Source: Nitrospinales bacterium
GTDB taxonomy: Bacteria > Nitrospinota > Nitrospinia > Nitrospinales > VA-1
DNA: 64,000 nucleotides
NCBI GenBank assembly: GCA_965223345.1
Contig: CBDCWG010000012.1
Coordinates: 352,001 to 416,000 of the forward strand
Reading direction: 5' to 3'
Part shown: piece by piece, positions 1 to 9,104 of the stretch
Layout: the number at the start of each line of letters is the position of its first letter
How positions within the stretch are numbered: the stretch's first letter is position 1
Notes under the pieces: model-generated
Database searches by the model: none
The model's input: the letters and a program-made list of their open reading frames with translations, nothing else
Told to the model about the DNA's origin: nothing
Position numbers and translations under genes: made by a program

Positions 1-686
1 GCGCCCTGACCGCTGTAGATGTTGGCGAAAAACCCCTCGAAACAGCACACCCAGCTGATAACGAGGGCGAAGGTCACCGATTTCACGATGCCCGCGTACA
101 CATCGTCCCAGCCGACGCTCGATTCCATACTGCCGGTGAAATCGCCGGCGCTCACGCCCAGCATCTTCACACCGGTGATGTAGCCGCCGGTGATGCCGAC
201 CACATCGAAGATCGCGGTCAGCAGCGGCACGCACAACAGCGCCGCCAGCACCTTCGGGACCACCACGTATTTCAACGGGTTGAGCGCCATCGTGTCGAGG
301 GCGTCCAGCTGCTCGGAGATGCGCATGATGCCGATCTCCGCCGCGATGGCGGACCCGGCCCGGCCGGTCACCATGAGGGCGGCGAGCACGGGACCCAGCT
401 GCTGAACCAGCGTCCAGGCCACCATGGCGCCGAGCTGGCTCTCGGAACCGTAGTCGCTCAGAATGTTGAACCCGGCCACCCCAAGCACCATGCCGGTGAA
501 GGAGGCGGTCAGTATGATGATCATCAGCGAGCGGACGCCGATGAAATGGATCTGCTTGATCAGCTCTTTAAACAGCACCGGCGGGCGCAGCGCCCACATC
601 AGGATCTGGCCGAGAAAGATGAACTGGCATCCCACCCGTTCGAGAAAATAGACCCCCCAGGTGCCCCAACGCTGGATCAGGTTCAT
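1..686 (-). CDS. mlaE: MlaE/Ttg2B family ABC transporter permease (3' end runs off the window)
   Basis: Manual minus-strand translation from ATG at 686: MNLIQRWGTWGVYFLERVG...QIHFIGVRSL...QLGPVLAALMVTGRAGSAIAAEIGIMRISEQLDALDTMALNPLKYVVVPK, the MlaE signature. Absent from the ORF track because it is truncated. Confidence 0.9.
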   Translation of the reverse strand, partial: MNLIQRWGTWGVYFLERVGCQFIFLGQILMWALRPPVLFKELIKQIHFIGVRSLMIIILTASFTGMVLGVAGFNILSDYGSESQLGAMVAWTLVQQLGPVLAALMVTGRAGSAIAAEIGIMRISEQLDALDTMALNPLKYVVVPKVLAALLCVPLLTAIFDVVGITGGYITGVKMLGVSAGDFTGSMESSVGWDDVYAGIVKSVTFALVISWVCCFEGFFANIYSGQG

Positions 687-1090
687 CGGCAGCCCCGCTT
701 ATCCATCCATCCTGCAACGGGGGGCACAGCCATTTTGGGGGAAGCTCTCAAAGGAGAGGTCATCAAACGGAATTCGATTCAAGAGTTGGCGAACGATCCC
801 GCTCCGTTCGGGAGGGGGATGCTTTGCGATCTGGAACGGGTTTCGGTTTGCAAACGCGATCGGGGATGAAGGCCGAAATCCCCTGGAAATTGGGAATTTA
901 TCCTGCTCCCCGAGGGGCCGACGCGACCGCGACAGGGTGCCGGAAAGTTATCACGAATCCACAGGGGAGTCAACACGGTTCGCCGCGCGGAATCCGCACA
1001 AACCATTACATTTAAACGGTTATCCACAGTGGTCCGGCGCGCGGGCGAATGCGGCTATCTTCCCGAATTTAAACAAATAGTGCGATATTG

Positions 1091-1119
1091 TTGACAACTT
1101 CTCCATTCTTTAATATATT
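1091..1119 (+). promoter_or_regulatory. Sigma70-type promoter
   Basis: TTGACA (1091-1096), 17-nt spacer, TATATT (1114-1119), just upstream of the 1141 CDS. Confidence 0.65.
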
Positions 1120-1140
1120 GAAATTTCTCATCTAATAAAT

Positions 1141-2133
1141 TTGAGCATTCTTTTTTCAACGTTTTTTCAGCAGTTAAACCGGACCGCCGTCATGATGCGT
1201 GGATCGCCATCCTTGCGCCTGGCCGCTCTGGGCTTTTTGGTGTTGTTTCTGGGATCCGGGTGCGGGTCCGCCAAAGTCCGGGTGAGCCAGAATTCGGACA
1301 ACCCCGCCACCTTTCCCAAAAAAGTGGCGGTGCTGCCGTTCACGGTTGAGCCCACGATTCACGAAGAAGAGTTTCCCCACATCATCTTTCGCGAAGTTTT
1401 CTTCAACAACTTCAGCTACTTGGGATTCACCGACTTACCGCTTGACGAAGTGGACCAAAGATTGTACAACGCAGGCGTCCCCCCAGAAAATGCGTCGAAA
1501 CTTCGTCCTCGGGAACTGAAGCGGATCTTCGGCGTGGATGCGGTGGTGCGCGGGCATGTGCTGGAGGCCAACAATTTCACCGGCGGCATCCACGCGGAAA
1601 CCCTGATCGGCGCCAAGCTGGAAATGCTGGACCTCAACACCGAGGAGACGGTGTGGGAGGTGGAGCACACGGAAGTTTCCTATTCGGGCATCGCCACCCC
1701 CACGATCGTCGATATCATCCAGGAGCAGATGGAAAACGCCAAGGTGCAGCAGGCGTACTACAAGACGGCGGAAGTGTTCTGCCAGAAAATCCTGAAGCAG
1801 ATCCCGGATCCCGCGGACACGCGGCTGGGGGAAGTGCGGCCGCCGGTGATCAAAAGCATCGAGACCAACATCCGGCCCAACAAGAATCTGAAAGAGAACG
1901 ACCTGATCCGGGTCATCCTGCGGGGGCAGCCGGGTCTCACGGCGACGTTCGACATCGGCAGCTGGAGGACCCACATTCCCATGGAGGAGGTCGAGGTCGG
2001 CGTGTATTCGGGCAGCTACCGCATCCGCAAGGGCGACCGGGTGGCGAGCGCGTTCATCATCGGCACGCTGCGCAACAAGCGCGGGCTGGCGAGCAAAAAA
2101 TATTACAAGGCCGTGATGGCCACCATTCATTAA
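1141..2133 (+). CDS. Putative lipoprotein, GNA1162/DUF799-like fold with extra C-terminal beta domain
   Basis: Hydrophobic signal plus lipobox (FLGSGC). Contains KVAVLPF...GVDAVVRG...LDLNTEETVW pattern shared with the paralogs at 2201 and 7716. True start may be the ATG at 1192. Confidence 0.7.
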   Translation: MSILFSTFFQQLNRTAVMMRGSPSLRLAALGFLVLFLGSGCGSAKVRVSQNSDNPATFPKKVAVLPFTVEPTIHEEEFPHIIFREVFFNNFSYLGFTDLPLDEVDQRLYNAGVPPENASKLRPRELKRIFGVDAVVRGHVLEANNFTGGIHAETLIGAKLEMLDLNTEETVWEVEHTEVSYSGIATPTIVDIIQEQMENAKVQQAYYKTAEVFCQKILKQIPDPADTRLGEVRPPVIKSIETNIRPNKNLKENDLIRVILRGQPGLTATFDIGSWRTHIPMEEVEVGVYSGSYRIRKGDRVASAFIIGTLRNKRGLASKKYYKAVMATIH

Positions 2134-2200
2134 CCGAGGATCGATTTTGTTTTCTTTTTCGTGGCGAAGACAGGAACACACCGCCTGTTGCAATCCGGGT

Positions 2201-3430
2201 GTGCTGAAAACCATCGTGCTGCTGGCGCTGCTGTCTCTGGGCCTGTGCGCCTGCACCAATGATCTGCAGACCAAGGTCTCGGGAAGCCTCAACGGGCTTT
2301 CGGGAGAGCAGATCGTCGCCATCCTGCCGGTCGAGGTGGTCGAGCATTCCCCCAGGGATGCCGCTAATCTGTTCCGGCAGGTGCTGCACTCCAAGCTCAA
2401 GCAGACGCGTTTTGAAATCCTCGAACCCTACGTCGTGGACAGCCTGCTCAGGAGAAACGGGCTCACCGAACCGGCCAAATACCCGACGCTCAACCCGATG
2501 CGCCTGGGCGAAGTGCTGGGTGCGGACGTGGTCCTCATCAGCCGTCTGAACAAGGTCGAACGCTCCTACTTTCTCGTGCATTCCTCGATCAAACTCAGCA
2601 TCTCGGTGCAGATGGTGGACACGCGCAGCGGCGAGATCCTGTGGCGGGCGGAACAGACCGAATCGGATTATCAGGGGTTGTGGAAAATCCCCACCGGCAT
2701 GGCTTCGGCCGTGGTCGGCCCGTTCTACTTCGTGACCAACAAGCTCAACCTCAACCGCATCACCACGAAAATGGTGGACAAGCTGACGGATGTGGTGAAG
2801 CACCCCGGCCGCGCCGGCAAGGAGAAGACCTTCGAAGCGCCGGTGATCGCCTCGGCGGCGACGCGCGACATCCAGCGGGTGAAGCGGGCGGAAAGGATCC
2901 GGGCGAAGTGGGCGGAGGAACTTTTTGAAAACGCCGAGGCCATCTGGGCGCGCGACACGCTAGCAGGCATCCACGGCGCTCCGCAGCCCAAACCGAAACC
3001 GCTCGCGATGACAGCGAGCTATCAGCCGCAACCGCAGGCGTATGGCCAACCGGCCCTGTCGCAGACGCTGGAGATCCCGATCCAGATTCCAGCGGAGCCG
3101 CTGCCGGTCGCATCCATTCCCGCTGTGGCGCCAAAACCGGTAAAACCCGCCATCACCAGACTGAACCTGCCGGCAAAGAAAACGCCGCGCGTGTACACGG
3201 TGCAGGTGGGGGCCTACAGGTCGCGGGTGCTGGCGGAAAAGCTGGTGGCACGGCTGGTCAAAAAGGGCTATCAGGCGTTCATGACCCAGCCCACCCCCAA
3301 CAGGAAAACCGTCCTCTACCGCGTGCGGGTCGATCTGTTCCCCAGCAAACGCGGCGCGGCGCGCCTGGCGAAAAAACTGCGCTCGAAGGAACGGTTGAAA
3401 AACTTCGTGACCACGCTGAGCGCACTCTGA
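2201..3430 (+). CDS. DUF799-like lipoprotein with C-terminal SPOR domain
   Basis: Lipobox LCAC; VAILPV...LGADVVL...MVDTRSGEILW; Pro/Ala-rich linker; SPOR motif YTVQVGAY...LYRVRV. Start uncertain (GTG 2201). Confidence 0.8.
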   Translation: MLKTIVLLALLSLGLCACTNDLQTKVSGSLNGLSGEQIVAILPVEVVEHSPRDAANLFRQVLHSKLKQTRFEILEPYVVDSLLRRNGLTEPAKYPTLNPMRLGEVLGADVVLISRLNKVERSYFLVHSSIKLSISVQMVDTRSGEILWRAEQTESDYQGLWKIPTGMASAVVGPFYFVTNKLNLNRITTKMVDKLTDVVKHPGRAGKEKTFEAPVIASAATRDIQRVKRAERIRAKWAEELFENAEAIWARDTLAGIHGAPQPKPKPLAMTASYQPQPQAYGQPALSQTLEIPIQIPAEPLPVASIPAVAPKPVKPAITRLNLPAKKTPRVYTVQVGAYRSRVLAEKLVARLVKKGYQAFMTQPTPNRKTVLYRVRVDLFPSKRGAARLAKKLRSKERLKNFVTTLSAL

Positions 3431-3461
3431 TTTGTCTTCACGCCTCTTTCATTCCTCTATT

Positions 3462-4616
3462 TCATTCGGCCTGCAACCAGCGGTCCACAATCGCAAAAAA
3501 CCGGTCGATCTCTTGTTCGCTGTTGTAAAAATGCGGCGAGAGCCGCACGTTGCCGTCGCGCACGGAGAGAAACACCTGGTTTGACTTCATCACCGCGGTG
3601 AAGGAGTCCAGCCGCTCCGGTGCGATCGAGAACACGACGCTGCCGGAACGTTCCTCCCGTACCTGCGAGCTCACCACCCGGATGCCGCGTGAGGCGAGCC
3701 CCTCCAGTATCTTATCCCCCAGATGGAGAATGCGCCCGGCGATGGCGTCCATCCCCACTTCATGAAACAGCGACAGCGCCGCGCCGAACGCGTGGATGCT
3801 CAAGGTGTTGAAGCTGCCCTCCTCGAATTTTTTCGCATCCTCGCGCAGGGTGAAATCGTGGCTGGAAAAATCGTGCGCGTTCACCACGCTGTCCCAGCCG
3901 ACGACGGCGGGATGCAGTTGATCCATCACTCTGGAAGCGATGTAAAACCCGCCCAGGCCTTCGACGCTCAAAAGCCATTTGTGCCCGTCCGCAGCGAGAA
4001 AATCGATGTGGTCCCGCTGCACGTCCATCGGCAACACGCCCAGACTCTGGATAGCGTCCACGCAGAACAGGATGCCTTTGTCTTTGCAGAACGCGCCGAT
4101 GCGATTGAGATCATTGCGGAAGCCACTGCCGTATTCGACGGAGCTGATCGACAGGACGCGCGTGCGCGCATCCACCGCCGCTTCGATGTCCTCAAACAGC
4201 ACGCGCCCATCCCGCGCTTTGACGAAGCGGGTGGCGACGCCGCGCCGCTTGAGGTTGAGCCAGGGATAGACGTTGGCGGGAAACTCGATGTCCGGCACGA
4301 CCACGTTGTCGCCCTCCCGCCAGTCCAGCCCGTTGGCGACGAGCGAGATGCCTTCGGATGTGTTTTTGATGAACGCCACCTCAGGGGTTTCGGCGTGAAT
4401 CAATCGGGCGAAGCTCGCACGCACGCTTTCCACGTGCTGCATCCAGCGCGAATAGTTGGCGGTGCCCTGGAGGCAGGCGTCGGCCGCAAACGTCTCGATG
4501 GCTTCGCGCACGCGCGCGGGAAGCGGCGCGACGCAGGCGTGATCGAAAAAAACCCTGCCCTGCGTGACGGGAAATTCGCGGCGGATGCGGTCGGCGTCGA
4601 GGAGCGGGAGGGTCAT
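3462..4616 (-). CDS. Class V PLP-dependent aminotransferase (cysteine desulfurase/lyase-like)
   Basis: FFDHACVAPLP, NTSEG, VDAIQSLG, ADGHKWLL (PLP lysine) and RLSPHFYN motifs. Start placed at MTLPLL, downstream of the dinB stop. Confidence 0.85.
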   Translation of the reverse strand: MTLPLLDADRIRREFPVTQGRVFFDHACVAPLPARVREAIETFAADACLQGTANYSRWMQHVESVRASFARLIHAETPEVAFIKNTSEGISLVANGLDWREGDNVVVPDIEFPANVYPWLNLKRRGVATRFVKARDGRVLFEDIEAAVDARTRVLSISSVEYGSGFRNDLNRIGAFCKDKGILFCVDAIQSLGVLPMDVQRDHIDFLAADGHKWLLSVEGLGGFYIASRVMDQLHPAVVGWDSVVNAHDFSSHDFTLREDAKKFEEGSFNTLSIHAFGAALSLFHEVGMDAIAGRILHLGDKILEGLASRGIRVVSSQVREERSGSVVFSIAPERLDSFTAVMKSNQVFLSVRDGNVRLSPHFYNSEQEIDRFFAIVDRWLQAE

Positions 4617-4638
4617 GGTATTTCGATCGAAGCTCTGT

Positions 4639-5855
4639 TCAACCGCTGCAGGCGCTCTTGCCGCGCAGGATGGCGTCGAAACCGTATTTGCTGCGGATGC
4701 GGTCGATGCTGTTGTAGAGACGGTCCCACTCCTTGAGGTCCGCCGGTTCGAACAGGTCGTTCTGCAGGCGGGCATCCCGGCTCAGCGAAGACAACGACAC
4801 GCCGATCAGGCGCACCCGCGTGCGGCGCTCTTTGCGCAGCAGCCGGAGCACGGTCTGCAAAATCAGGTGGTCCTCGGAAACCGGTTCGGCCAGGGTGTGC
4901 GAGCGGGTGCGGGTGGTGAAATCCGGAGCGCGCAGCTTGAGTGTGACCGAACGGGCGTACAGGCCGGAAGCGCGCAGTTGCGCCGCCACCTCTTCCACGA
5001 GGCGGCAGAGCGTCGCTTCGAGAAACACCGTATCGCCGGTGTCCTTAGCGAACGTGGTCTCGCGGCTGATCGAGCGGCTGTCGCCCGCGTGCTCCTGCAC
5101 GCGGTCCTCACACAGACCGTGGACGCGGGCGTGCAGCGCCGCGCCCCATTTGCCGTGCGCGTTTTGCAACACGCGCCGCGGCTGGGCGGCCAGCTGGCCG
5201 ACGGTGCGGATGCCCATGCGCCTGAGTTCGGCGCCGCCTTTCTTGCCCACGCCCGGCAACCGGCGCACGGGCAACGCGGCGAGGAACTTGCTTTCCTTGC
5301 CGGGGGCGATCCACAACATACCGTTTGGCTTTGCGAAATCGGAGGCGACTTTGGCGAGCAGTTTGTTGGCGGCGATGCCGATGGACGCAGACAATCCGGT
5401 TTGCGCGTGGATCTCCTTTTTAATTTTCTCCGCCGCCACGAGCACCGGGCCGTGCAGCCGCTCGCAGCCGGTGAGGTCCACGTAGGCTTCATCGAGAGAC
5501 ACCGGCTCCACCAGCGGTGAAAAGGTTTTCAGGATGCGAAAAACGCGCTCGGAGTATTCGCCGTACAGCCCTGCGAGACGCGCAGAAAGATCGCGTGCGG
5601 GCAGCGCCGCTTCGCTTCCACGAGCGGCATGGCGGAACGGATGCCGTATTTGCGCGCGGCGTAGGACGCGGTGGAAACGACGCCGCGGCCGTCCGGGTCG
5701 CCGCCGACGATGACGGGTTTGCCCTTGAGCGAGGGGTCGCGCAGTTCCTCGACGGACACGAAAAACGCGTCCATGTCCACGTGCAGAATCTGCCGCCCGG
5801 CCCCCGTGCGGGAAACCGGCCCCACGCTTTTATCCTGACTTGTGTTCTCAGGCAT
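4639..5855 (-). pseudogene. dinB: DNA polymerase IV (DinB), split by a single frameshift near 5570
   Basis: ORF 5529-5855 has [10 protein letters not shown] and [11 protein letters not shown]. The second frame reads [29 protein letters not shown] and continues into ORF 4639-5511. One missing base around ...TCGCAGGGCTG... would restore the gene. Real mutation or read error cannot be distinguished. Confidence 0.85.
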
Positions 5856-5911
5856 AGGACGGGACGTTTTCTCCAGCTTATGAATGATGAAAACGGTCTA
5901 TCGCTCCGCGC

Positions 5912-6364
5912 TCACTCACTCGATTCGACGGTGACTTCGGTGCGTATCGAGTTGGCGATGAAACACGCCTGGTGCGCTTTCTCATGAATCCTGTCGATCT
6001 CTTCTGCGGAGGGGGTTTTGTCGCCGCCCCACACCACCTTGGGGCGCAGGACCGCGCGGGTGATCGCCAGTCTGCCATTTTCGTTTTTTTCCAGAAACCC
6101 CACGGCGGCATCTTCATAGCTCTCCACGCTCAGGCGTTTCTTGGCCGCCACCGCCAGAAAGGTCAGCATGTGGCAACTCGACAGTGCGCCGACCAGAGCC
6201 TCCTCGGGATCGACGCAGTCCGGGTTGCCGTTGAAGCCGGGGGCTGCCGACGCCTGGACCTGGATGCCGCCCTCGAACGTCCACACGTGGTCGCGGTTGT
6301 AGCCTTCGTGACTGAATTCCTCGCTGCCGCGGGCCCAGCTCACTTTCACTTTATGTTCTGACAT
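5912..6364 (-). CDS. OsmC/Ohr family peroxiredoxin
   Basis: DPEEALVGALSSCHMLTFL and AHQACFIANS, carrying the two conserved Cys. Confidence 0.9.
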   Translation of the reverse strand: MSEHKVKVSWARGSEEFSHEGYNRDHVWTFEGGIQVQASAAPGFNGNPDCVDPEEALVGALSSCHMLTFLAVAAKKRLSVESYEDAAVGFLEKNENGRLAITRAVLRPKVVWGGDKTPSAEEIDRIHEKAHQACFIANSIRTEVTVESSE

Positions 6365-6407
6365 GACTTTTCTCCCTGTTTGCTAAAAGTGACCCCGGCG
6401 GATGCGT

Positions 6408-7010
6408 TCATTTGAATTTGCGCAGGACGCCGATCACGACGCCCTGGATTTTGAAATCCCCCTCTTTCACGATGATCGGCTGCATATCCTGGTTGGCGGG
6501 CTGCAGGCGCACCTGACCGTTCTCGCGGTAGAAGCGTTTGAGCGTGGCCTTTTCGTTGTCCAGCAGGGCGACCACGGTTTCGCCGTTGTCGGCGCTTTCT
6601 TTCTTCTGCACGATGACGTAGTCGCCGTCGCGGATCGAATCCTCGATCATGGAATTGCCTTTGACCCTGAGCACGAAGACGTCCTCGTCCAGAGGATCGG
6701 GCAGGATGAAAACGGTCTCGCGGTCGTCCATCACCTCGATGGGTTTGCCGGCAACGATGTGCCCGAGCACGGTGTATTCGCGCGCCAGGGCGTTTTGCGG
6801 CGGCTCGGCGATCTCGATGGCGCGGCTGAGGTTGTGCTGTTTGCGGATCAGCCCCTTCTCTTCCAGATGGCTCAGATGCTTGTGCACGGTCGCCGGCGAG
6901 TTGAGCCTGAACTGCTTGCCGATTTCCAGGATGCTGGGCGCGTAGCCCTTGCTTTGGATGTGCTCTTTCAGGTATTGGTAGATCTCTTGCTGCCGTTTGG
7001 TGAGGTGCAT
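6408..7010 (-). CDS. lexA: SOS repressor LexA
   Basis: N-terminal wHTH LTKRQQEIYQYL...GYAPSILEI, Ala-Gly cleavage site (VAG), catalytic Ser (GNSM) and Lys (ATLKRF). ATG at 7010. Confidence 0.95.
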   Translation of the reverse strand: MHLTKRQQEIYQYLKEHIQSKGYAPSILEIGKQFRLNSPATVHKHLSHLEEKGLIRKQHNLSRAIEIAEPPQNALAREYTVLGHIVAGKPIEVMDDRETVFILPDPLDEDVFVLRVKGNSMIEDSIRDGDYVIVQKKESADNGETVVALLDNEKATLKRFYRENGQVRLQPANQDMQPIIVKEGDFKIQGVVIGVLRKFK

Positions 7011-7034
7011 GCCCCCTTGCCTCCCGCTTGAAAG

Positions 7035-7072
7035 GATTTTCGGAGTATAGGCGAAAATTAATCGAAAATCAA
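7035..7072 (-). promoter_or_regulatory. lexA sigma70 promoter overlapped by a candidate LexA operator
   Basis: Minus strand TTGATT-N17-TATACT. CGAAAAT at 7052 and 7063 and its inverse ATTTTCG at 7036 flank and overlap the -10 and -35. Confidence 0.65.
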
Positions 7073-7124
7073 GCGTCGCACGGCGGAATAACAGCATAGC
7101 AGCCTGGTTTTCTTCGCAGACTCA

Positions 7125-7171
7125 CCTTTCGACAAAGCCTGTCCTGAGCTTGCCGAAGGACTCAGGTTGAC
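7125..7171. repeat. REP-like nested palindromic repeat, copy 1
   Basis: TGTCCTGAGCTTGCCGAAGGACTCAG (7140-7165) is identical to 18539-18564. Confidence 0.8.
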
Positions 7172-7252
7172 ACGGTAAGGGGAGCGGGCTCAAAAGATCT
7201 CAGGCGCAAGCCAACGTATCGCTCCATTTCTCCCGAGACAAAGACTCACACC

Positions 7253-7693
7253 ATGACTGAAAAACTGAAACTGCTTTTTTTGTGCACGGGCAACTCCTGC
7301 CGCAGCCAGATGGCGGAGGGGTGGGCGAGAAAGCTGAAAGGCGAGGTCATCGAGCCCTATTCGGCGGGATTGGAGGCGCACGGGCTGAATCTGCTGGCGG
7401 TGAAAGCGATGGCGGAAGCGGGCGTCGATATTTCCGGGCAGAAATCGCAGCGGCTGGAGGAAGTGATAGCGGTGCCGTTCGACCGGGTGGTCACGGTGTG
7501 CGCGCACGCGGACGCGAATTGTCCGGTGTTTCCCAAACCCGTGCCGGTGACGCACAGGGGTTTCGACGATCCGCCCAAACTGGCGCGCTCGGCGAAAAGC
7601 GAAGCGGAAGCCCTGGTGCATTACCGCAGGGTGCGCGATGAGATCCGTGCGTTTGTGGAATCGCTGCCTGAGGGTCTTGAGACTAAAACTTGA
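7253..7693 (+). CDS. arsC: Arsenate reductase / low-molecular-weight phosphatase family
   Basis: P-loop LFLCTGNSCRSQMAEG, VTVC...CP and FDDP motifs. Confidence 0.9.
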   Translation: MTEKLKLLFLCTGNSCRSQMAEGWARKLKGEVIEPYSAGLEAHGLNLLAVKAMAEAGVDISGQKSQRLEEVIAVPFDRVVTVCAHADANCPVFPKPVPVTHRGFDDPPKLARSAKSEAEALVHYRRVRDEIRAFVESLPEGLETKT

Positions 7694-7715
7694 GATCGGG
7701 CGATGCGGAAGCCGG

Positions 7716-8597
7716 TCAGAACTTGATGGCGGGGGCCTTGCGGGTGGATTGTTTCACGGGCAGCCGCTTGGATACCGGTTGCGTTTCTTTCAGCACGGCG
7801 TCGGCGGGCATCTGCTCGATGGAGGTCAGCCGCGAAGGTTGATCTTGCTTCACATTGGCGACAGCCTGTTTTTTGTCCTTATCCAGGATCTGCGTCCAGT
7901 GCACTTTTTTGGTTTTGTCTTCTTCCTGGACGTTCCAGGTCTTGGCGATCAACGGCTCCTGAAAGGTGCCTTCGCTGTCGGCCTGGTCTGGGAACTTCAC
8001 GATGGAGGTGAGCTTGCTCACCATTTTCGAGGTCATGCGATCCATCTCCACCGCGTTGGTCACCAGATACAGCGGGGCGATCACGGCGGAGGCGATCCCC
8101 GTGGGAATCTTCGCCAGGCCTTCGAAATCGGACTCGGTCTGCTCCGCCATCCACAGGACTTCGCCGCTGCGCGTGTCCACCATGCGGGCGGAGATGTTGA
8201 GCTCGATGGAGGAATGCAGCAGCATGTAGGCTTTTTCCACTTTGTTGATGCGGGTGATGAGCACCGCATCCACACCGAGCACCTCGCCGAACCGCATGGG
8301 GTTCATGTCCCAGAACACAGCGGGGTCGTTAAGCCCGTTCTGCTTGAGCTGGGCGTCCACCATGTAATGCTCGAGAAGATTGAACTGGGACTGTTTGAGG
8401 TTGGCGTGCAGGCTCTGGCGGAACAGGTCGGCCATTTCCTGCTGCTTTTCGTCCTGCACCAGAGCGGGCAGGATCGCCACGGTGTGGCGGGCGGACAGAT
8501 TGTTCAGATTGCCGGAAACCTTGGTGGTCAGCTGGGTGGTGCCGCAGGCGGACAGCAGGAGCCCGAGCGCGAGACAGAACAGAGCGCGCTGGCCCAT
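7716..8597 (-). CDS. DUF799-like lipoprotein, close paralog of 2201-3430 without SPOR
   Basis: Lipobox LSAC. Shares TKVSG.LN.LS, NPMR.GEVLG.D and MVDTRSGE.LW.AEQTESD..GL.KIPTG.ASAV with the 2201 protein. Alternative start 8657. Confidence 0.8.
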   Translation of the reverse strand: MGQRALFCLALGLLLSACGTTQLTTKVSGNLNNLSARHTVAILPALVQDEKQQEMADLFRQSLHANLKQSQFNLLEHYMVDAQLKQNGLNDPAVFWDMNPMRFGEVLGVDAVLITRINKVEKAYMLLHSSIELNISARMVDTRSGEVLWMAEQTESDFEGLAKIPTGIASAVIAPLYLVTNAVEMDRMTSKMVSKLTSIVKFPDQADSEGTFQEPLIAKTWNVQEEDKTKKVHWTQILDKDKKQAVANVKQDQPSRLTSIEQMPADAVLKETQPVSKRLPVKQSTRKAPAIKF

Positions 8598-8686
8598 CGC
8601 AAACGCCTTGGTCCGCTCATTCTTTTGGGTTTGCTGTGCGTGTTTCAAAGGATCCACCTGGCCTGTTTAAGGTTTTAAATCCGGTG

Positions 8687-8839
8687 TCACTGCCCCAGAG
8701 TGATGCGGGCGATGAAATCGATGCCGATGATCCCGGCTGCGAGGTACAAAAACGCTTTGAGGAGCAGATATGTGTTGCTTGCGGGTCGAGCCTCGACCCG
8801 GCTGCCGTCATTCGTCTCATTTTGATACTGTGAATGCAT
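8687..8839 (-). CDS. Small (50 aa) putative single-pass membrane protein
   Basis: MHSQYQNETNDGSRVEARPASNTYLLLKAFLYLAAGIIGIDFIARITLGQ; GAGGG SD-like motif upstream; hydrophobic C-terminal segment; shorter than anything in the ORF track. Confidence 0.55.
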   Translation of the reverse strand: MHSQYQNETNDGSRVEARPASNTYLLLKAFLYLAAGIIGIDFIARITLGQ

Positions 8840-8878
8840 CCGGCCCTCGCAAAAATCGTTGGGATGTTCCTATATATG

Positions 8879-8894
8879 TGCACAAGACATGCCA
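8879..8894 (-). promoter_or_regulatory. Sigma54 (-24/-12)-like promoter
   Basis: Minus strand TGGCATGTCTTGTGCA against consensus TGGCACG-N4-TTGCW; GG-N10-GC spacing is exact; about 40 nt upstream of the 50-aa ORF. Confidence 0.55.
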
Positions 8895-9104
8895 ATTTTC
8901 GCAGAACCGTCAAATTTTGAGCAACTCGCCGTTTAACAAGCTAAATTTTTATAGACAAATATTTCCATACCCTGTTTATGGTAAAAATTACAATCAAAAT
9001 TACACACACAGTGTCAAATTTTGTGACCTAACTTACAAAACAGGGCTCCCCGAGCGCCGGATGCGCTTGCTTTGGCCCTTTAACAGGAGTAATTTGAAAT
9101 CACC

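Noticed and set aside
1020..1028. Perfect DnaA box TTATCCACA
   Set aside because: A single box with no cluster and no dnaA/dnaN neighbours; insufficient for an origin call.
700..1080. Riboswitch or small ORFs in the mlaE upstream region
   Set aside because: Only weak hairpins, no recognisable aptamer consensus, and the ORFs lack SD or protein-like features.
5529..5600. Programmed ribosomal frameshift in dinB
   Set aside because: No slippery sequence or stimulatory structure at the junction; a simple indel is more parsimonious.
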